This document shows positions 59,147 to 64,000 of a stretch of DNA of 64,000 bases, piece after piece. Below the pieces are notes generated by a model. The model was not told the origin of the DNA, did not search any database, and saw nothing but the letters and a program-made list of their open reading frames with translations. The stretch spans positions 1,009,540 to 1,073,539 of the forward strand of contig OZ242212.1 in NCBI GenBank assembly GCA_965206355.1, written 5' to 3'. The translations under genes were made by a program, and so were the position numbers. Positions within the stretch are counted from its first letter, which is position 1. Each line of letters opens with the position of its first letter. This DNA comes from Candidatus Spongiihabitans sp. (lineage in GTDB: Bacteria > Pseudomonadota > Gammaproteobacteria > Arenicellales > Poriferihabitantaceae).

Positions 59147-59569
59147 ATGGCACAATCAACACAAAACGGCAGTGGCGAACAAGCCTCTTTATCCACCAAG
59201 CCTTACCTGATTCGGGCCATCTATCAGTGGGCACTGGACAACGGCTATACGCCACAGATATTAGTCGCCACCGATCAAGAAGATGTGCTGGTTCCCAGGC
59301 AATATATAAAAGACAGCAAAATCGTTTTGAATATCCACCCGCAATCGGTTACGGGGCTGGACCTCGGTAACGAATATGTATGGCTTTCGGCTCGATTTTC
59401 CGGCAAAGCGATGGAAATTACTGTACCGGTTGCTGCGATATTGGCCATTTATGTGCGGGAAAATGGTCAAGGCATTGTTTTTCAGGATGACCATGAGGAA
59501 ATTGTGCTCCCGCCTGATTCCCCTGCTTCCAAGCCAAGCCCGCCTTCCCACTTGAAACTGGTGGAGTAG
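59147..59569 (+). CDS. sspB: ClpXP adaptor SspB
   Basis: PYLIRAIYQW..DN..TP, IY.RENGQG and C-terminal HLKLV. Confidence 0.93.
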   Translation: MAQSTQNGSGEQASLSTKPYLIRAIYQWALDNGYTPQILVATDQEDVLVPRQYIKDSKIVLNIHPQSVTGLDLGNEYVWLSARFSGKAMEITVPVAAILAIYVRENGQGIVFQDDHEEIVLPPDSPASKPSPPSHLKLVE

Positions 59570-59691
59570 TGAGGACTCTCCGACCTAACCATCAGGCAGG
59601 CTGTGTCTGAACACCCGCTACCCACGCCTTACCCAACTTCGCCAAAAAACTTGCCTGATTTAAACACAGTCGCCCAAACACAGCCGCAGTG

Positions 59692-59719
59692 CTTGAATTT
59701 TAAGAGTTTGACCGCATTG
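59692..59719 (+). promoter_or_regulatory. Putative sigma32 promoter of hslVU
   Basis: CTTGAA-N14-CCGCAT. Confidence 0.65.
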
Positions 59720-59754
59720 CAATATCTCGTTCAGCCACTTTTGATGTCCACAAC

Positions 59755-60294
59755 ATGAAACAATTTAGAGGTACCACAATACTGTCTGTCCGCAAAGATA
59801 ATCAAGTGGTTATCGGTGGTGATGGACAGGTTTCTATTGGTAATACCATGATGAAAGGCAATGCCCGAAAAGTCAGACGCTTATACCATGAACAGGTGAT
59901 TGCCGGCTTTGCTGGCGGGACTGCTGACGCTTTTACCTTGTTTGAACGCTTTGAAGGCAAACTGGAAAAACATCAGGGACAATTAGTGCGTGCGGCGGTG
60001 GAGCTGGCAAAAGACTGGCGTACCGACCGAATACTGCGGCGATTGGAAGCCTTGCTCGCCGTTGCCGACAAGGAAGCCTCTTTGATTATATCTGGTAATG
60101 GTGATGTCATTGAACCGGAACAAGGGGTAATGGCTATCGGTTCTGGTGGTGATTTCGCAAAATCTGCTGCCCTCGCCTTGATGGAAAATACCGAATTATC
60201 GGCAAAGGAAATCGTTGAAAAAAGTTTAGGCATTGCCGGGAAAATATGTATTTATACCAACGATTATCTGACTGTTGACAGTCTTGATTACTAG
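59755..60294 (+). CDS. hslV: ATP-dependent protease subunit HslV
   Basis: [23 protein letters not shown] and IGSGG. Confidence 0.97.
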   Translation: MKQFRGTTILSVRKDNQVVIGGDGQVSIGNTMMKGNARKVRRLYHEQVIAGFAGGTADAFTLFERFEGKLEKHQGQLVRAAVELAKDWRTDRILRRLEALLAVADKEASLIISGNGDVIEPEQGVMAIGSGGDFAKSAALALMENTELSAKEIVEKSLGIAGKICIYTNDYLTVDSLDY

Positions 60295-60309
60295 CTTTGA
60301 GGAACATAA

Positions 60310-61632
60310 ATGACTGAAATGACACCACGGGAAATTGTTGAAGAACTCGATAATCATATTATTGGACAAAAAGCGGCTAAACGTGCTGTTGCCATCGCCT
60401 TGCGAAATCGTTGGCGCAGAATGCAGGTTACCCAAGATTTGCGTGTTGAAATAACCCCGAAAAATATTCTAATGATTGGACCGACCGGTGTAGGTAAAAC
60501 TGAAATCGCCCGCCGCCTTGCCCGACTTGCCAAAGCTCCCTTTATCAAGGTCGAAGCCACCAAATTCACCGAGGTTGGCTATGTCGGTCGAGAAGTCGAT
60601 ACCATTATTCGTGATCTGATGGATATATCAGTGAAAATGACCCGAGAAGACGCTGTTGTACAAGTAAAACTTCGTGCCGAAGATGCTGCAGAAGAACGCA
60701 TTCTCAATGTGCTATTGCCGCCTGCACGTAGTGAAGAGAGCGATGGCGACAGTGCGGGTCGCCAACGATTTCGCAAATTGCTCCGCGAAGGCAAGTTAGA
60801 TGACAAGGAAGTTGAAATTGAAGTCAGTAATCCGTCTATTGGTGTGGAAATTATGGCTCCGCCCGGTATGGAGGAGATGACCAACCAGCTACAAGGTATG
60901 TTTCAAAATCTAGGCAATCAAAAGAAGCGTCAACGCAAAGCCCGAGTCAAAGAAGCACTTAAACTGATGACCGAAGAAGAAGCCTCCAAGCTCATCAATG
61001 AAGAAGAAATTAAAATGCAGGCATTGGAAAATGTTGAGCAAAATGGCATCGTGTTTCTCGATGAAATAGACAAAATTGTCGGTCGTTCTGCGCAGGGGCA
61101 TAGTGGCGCAGACATCTCCCGCGAAGGCGTACAACGTGATTTACTGCCGTTGGTTGAAGGTTCTACTATTTCCACCAAATATGGCATGGTAAAAACCGAT
61201 CATATTTTATTCATTGCATCGGGTGCATTTCATCTGGCAAAACCGTCAGATTTGATTCCAGAATTACAAGGTCGCTTACCTATTCGGGTAGAACTAAAAG
61301 CACTGACATCAAACGACTTTGCAAGAATCCTCACTGAGCCCGATGCGTCTCTGACCGATCAATACCACGCCTTGATGAATACCGAAGGCGTACAACTTGA
61401 GTTTAGCGCTGACGGCATAAAGCGCATTGCCGAAGTAGCCTGGCAGGTCAATGAACAAACAGAAAACATTGGAGCCAGACGCTTACATACCGTTATGGAG
61501 CGACTACTGGAAAGCATTTCCTTTGAGGCGGCGGATAAGTCGGGACAGTCGGTTAATGTTGATGTCGATTATGTCAATCTCCATTTACAGGATTTGGCAG
61601 ATAACCAGGATTTATCCCGATATATTTTGTAA
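60310..61632 (+). CDS. hslU: ATP-dependent protease ATPase HslU
   Basis: [23 protein letters not shown] and DLSRYIL. Confidence 0.97.
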   Translation: MTEMTPREIVEELDNHIIGQKAAKRAVAIALRNRWRRMQVTQDLRVEITPKNILMIGPTGVGKTEIARRLARLAKAPFIKVEATKFTEVGYVGREVDTIIRDLMDISVKMTREDAVVQVKLRAEDAAEERILNVLLPPARSEESDGDSAGRQRFRKLLREGKLDDKEVEIEVSNPSIGVEIMAPPGMEEMTNQLQGMFQNLGNQKKRQRKARVKEALKLMTEEEASKLINEEEIKMQALENVEQNGIVFLDEIDKIVGRSAQGHSGADISREGVQRDLLPLVEGSTISTKYGMVKTDHILFIASGAFHLAKPSDLIPELQGRLPIRVELKALTSNDFARILTEPDASLTDQYHALMNTEGVQLEFSADGIKRIAEVAWQVNEQTENIGARRLHTVMERLLESISFEAADKSGQSVNVDVDYVNLHLQDLADNQDLSRYIL

Positions 61633-61779
61633 GCCACCGAAAAACGCCAATTAAAACAAACAAAACTCGGTCAAAATCAGGGAAATAACGATAAATTGAC
61701 ATTAAAATTGCCTAAAACCTAGCAATCATGCTAAACACTAAAAACGTAAAGCAAGCGATAACAGGGTCGCAGCATACGC

Positions 61780-61813
61780 ACACAAACACACACAAACACA
61801 CACACAACAACAA
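61780..61813. repeat. CA-rich microsatellite-like tract
   Basis: cacaaacacacacaaacacacacacaacaacaa. Confidence 0.7.
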
Positions 61814-61838
61814 ATGTGCGCACACCAGACCCCTTGCT

Positions 61839-61866
61839 GGAACTTTCCAAAATAGTAGCACTCTAC
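61839..61866 (+). promoter_or_regulatory. Putative sigmaE promoter of rpoH
   Basis: GGAACTT-N16-TCTA. Confidence 0.6.
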
Positions 61867-61881
61867 TGAAACGAGTGCTAG
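61855..61881. promoter_or_regulatory. CIRCE element (HrcA operator) upstream of rpoH
   Basis: TAGCACTC-N9-GAGTGCTA. Confidence 0.88.
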
Positions 61882-61904
61882 AATTGACAACCAAATTATA
61901 AAGA

Positions 61905-62774
61905 ATGTTGACTATGACCCAAACCTTACCCGTCACCGTTGATTTATCGAGCAGAGACAGTCTGCTAGCCTATATGCGTGCCGTTAATGCCGCGCCCATT
62001 TTATCGGCACAAAGAGAACGTGAACTGACATTGCGATACCACGATAACGGTGATTTAGACGCCGCCCGCGAACTGGTGCTGTCGCATCTTCGTTATGTTG
62101 TCAAAGTGGCAAAAGGATTTATGGGCTATGGATTACCACTGCCTGATTTAATCCAAGAGGGCAGTATCGGGCTGATGAAGGCGGTCAAACGATATGACCC
62201 CAGTCGGGATGTTCGTCTGGTATCGTTTGCAGTACATTGGATTCGTGCCGAAATTTACGATTATGTGCTACGCAACTGGCGTATGGTCAAGGTGGCGACA
62301 ACAAAAGCGCAACGTAAATTGTTCTTTAACCTGAGAAAAAACAAGACCCGATCAGGCTGGATGAACAACGCAGAAATCAACCAGATTGCGAAAAACCTTG
62401 ATGTTAAGACCAAAACCGTGCGGGAAATGGAATCACGGTTAAGCGGTACCGACATTGCATTTGATCCAACCGTTGATCAAGACGATGACGAACCTTATTT
62501 AGCACCCGCACAACATTTAGGCGACAACCGCTATGATCCTGAGATGCTGATAAGCAATAATCAGCAAAACAAAGTACGCGATCAGCAGTTGACCTCGGCA
62601 CTGACCCAGTTAGACGCACGTAGCAAAGATATCGTTAGCAGACGCTGGCTAAGCGATGACAAACCGACCTTGCATGAATTAGCTGATGAGTATGGCATTT
62701 CCGCTGAAAGAATTCGCCAGATTGAAAAACGCGCACTGGAAACAATGAAAAAAAGAATTTCAATGCTGGTGTAG
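61905..62774 (+). CDS. rpoH: Heat-shock sigma factor sigma32
   Basis: RpoH box QRKLFFNLR, DLIQEG and SAERIRQIE. Confidence 0.97.
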   Translation: MLTMTQTLPVTVDLSSRDSLLAYMRAVNAAPILSAQRERELTLRYHDNGDLDAARELVLSHLRYVVKVAKGFMGYGLPLPDLIQEGSIGLMKAVKRYDPSRDVRLVSFAVHWIRAEIYDYVLRNWRMVKVATTKAQRKLFFNLRKNKTRSGWMNNAEINQIAKNLDVKTKTVREMESRLSGTDIAFDPTVDQDDDEPYLAPAQHLGDNRYDPEMLISNNQQNKVRDQQLTSALTQLDARSKDIVSRRWLSDDKPTLHELADEYGISAERIRQIEKRALETMKKRISMLV

Positions 62775-62851
62775 GCCGTTTCGGGTTGTACTCAATGTGC
62801 CCGAAAACCGACTTTGGCTACAAATTTCAAGCAAACTTGGGAAGTTATATA

Positions 62852-62990
62852 GAGACCTTTGCACGAAAGCCATTTCACCTGCATACTGCGTTAAAATCGT
62901 ACTCAATCGGTCATTTATAAGCATAAACTCCCTCATTCCGTGCGTTTTTGCCTTGCCTGAAAGCGAAATCATCTTCCGTGCAAAGGTCTC
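62852..62990 (+). mobile_element. MITE copy 9 (139 bp), TSD ATATA
   Basis: TIRs present. atata at 62847-62851 and 62991-62995. Confidence 0.95.
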
Positions 62991-63125
62991 ATATAATTCC
63001 CTTTTATAAGCACCTCATCATTCAAGTGCATCCGCATACTTGTGCTTTCGGCAATTATCCAAAAATTTATGTTAATGTATGCACAGCATATTCAAAAATG
63101 GCTCCACTCATAACGGGACAACGAT

Positions 63126-63929
63126 ATGGCTAATCTAGTTGCTGATAATGTTAGTATGTTTTTCGGTGCGCCTAATGGTGAGGGTGTTCATGCACTCAAA
63201 GATGTTAGTTTTACCCTAAAAAAAGGTGAACTGCTTTCTGTTCTTGGTCCATCAGGTTGCGGTAAAACCACACTATTAAATATCGTTGCTGGTTTTTTAC
63301 GTCCCACTGCTGGCGAACTCACCCTTGCTGGAAATGAGATTGATGGTCCGGGGGTTGATCGGGGTATGGTATTTCAGCAAGGAGCGTTATTTGAATGGTT
63401 GACGGTTTCCGAAAATGTAAACTTTGGTCTGCGAATGAAGGGTGTATATCCGCTTGAGATCGCTAGAAAAGTTGAGGAGTGGCTTGAAATTGTTGGGCTA
63501 CAAGGATTCGGTGAAACCCCAACCTATCAGATGTCGGGCGGAATGCAACAGCGCATCGCCTTGGCACGATGTTTGATTAACAACCCCGATCTCATTCTGA
63601 TGGATGAGCCGTTGGGGGCACTGGATGCGTTAACTCGGGAAAAAATGCAGGCACTGGTGCTTAAAATCTGGAAAGAGACAGGAAAGACCATTATGTTAAT
63701 AACACACTCGGTAGAGGAAGCTTTGTTGCTCGGTGAGCGACTGTTTGTTATGGCACCGAGACCCGGTCGGCTACATAAGGAATATCACTTGGAATTTGCA
63801 AAACGAGGATTGGTTGAGAATGCCCGCGATATTAAGAACGATAATGATTTCATCAAAACCCGTGAAGAAATTTTAACGATGATATGGAACATGGAAGAAG
63901 AAATCATGGGCAAGACACAAATGGCATAG
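63126..63929 (+). CDS. Taurine/nitrate/sulfonate ABC transporter ATP-binding protein (TauB-like)
   Basis: GPSGCGKTT, RGMVFQ..ALF.W, MSGGMQQR, MDEPLGALDALTRE and ITHSVEEA. Confidence 0.88.
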   Translation: MANLVADNVSMFFGAPNGEGVHALKDVSFTLKKGELLSVLGPSGCGKTTLLNIVAGFLRPTAGELTLAGNEIDGPGVDRGMVFQQGALFEWLTVSENVNFGLRMKGVYPLEIARKVEEWLEIVGLQGFGETPTYQMSGGMQQRIALARCLINNPDLILMDEPLGALDALTREKMQALVLKIWKETGKTIMLITHSVEEALLLGERLFVMAPRPGRLHKEYHLEFAKRGLVENARDIKNDNDFIKTREEILTMIWNMEEEIMGKTQMA

Positions 63930-63959
63930 GATGTTTGTCAACAGAGCAGTGAACTAATA

Positions 63960-64000
63960 ATGATTATCGGAATTTTATTTATAGCCTTAATCGTAGCAGT
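63960..64000 (+). CDS. Probable start of the ABC permease (truncated by window edge)
   Basis: ATG followed by hydrophobic MIIGIFIIALIVA, directly after the ATPase gene. Confidence 0.45.
   Translation, partial: MIIGILFIALIVA

Noticed and set aside
62760-63133. Small ORFs overlapping MITE copies (also 4474-4704, 5801-5998, 58024-58416) as independent genes
   Set aside because: They are by-products of the element's stop-free frames, with unrelated starts and ends at each locus.

Overview
Chromosomal window of a gammaproteobacterium, judged from the petABC-sspA-sspB order, DUF484-xerC, hslVU-rpoH and cmoAB. It contains housekeeping genes, an Fe(III) ABC transporter, a propionyl/methylmalonyl-CoA cluster, a purine/allantoin-to-glyoxylate cluster with malate synthase G, and an AddAB-like helicase-nuclease. 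The most striking non-genic structure is a dispersed 139-bp miniature inverted-repeat element (MITE) with 14-bp terminal inverted repeats (TIR) GAGACCTTTGCACG. It occurs 9 times, and 8 copies have perfect 5-bp target-site duplications (TSD). Element plus TSD is 144 bp (48 codons), and one reading frame on each strand has no stop codon. One copy therefore sits in-frame inside a DNA adenine methyltransferase and adds a 48-aa peptide, as Rickettsia palindromic elements do. Another copy replaces the stop codon of addA without changing the protein. Many gene fragments and pseudogenes (HipA, HicA, a possible REase, a fucose/rhamnose pathway, LiuB, URC1, DUF2779, WYL, a RutR-like TetR) suggest ongoing genome erosion, possibly in a host-associated lineage (inference). 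I recognised no rRNA, tRNA, CRISPR array or transposase. All calls come from reading the sequence and recalling motifs; no database searches were run.
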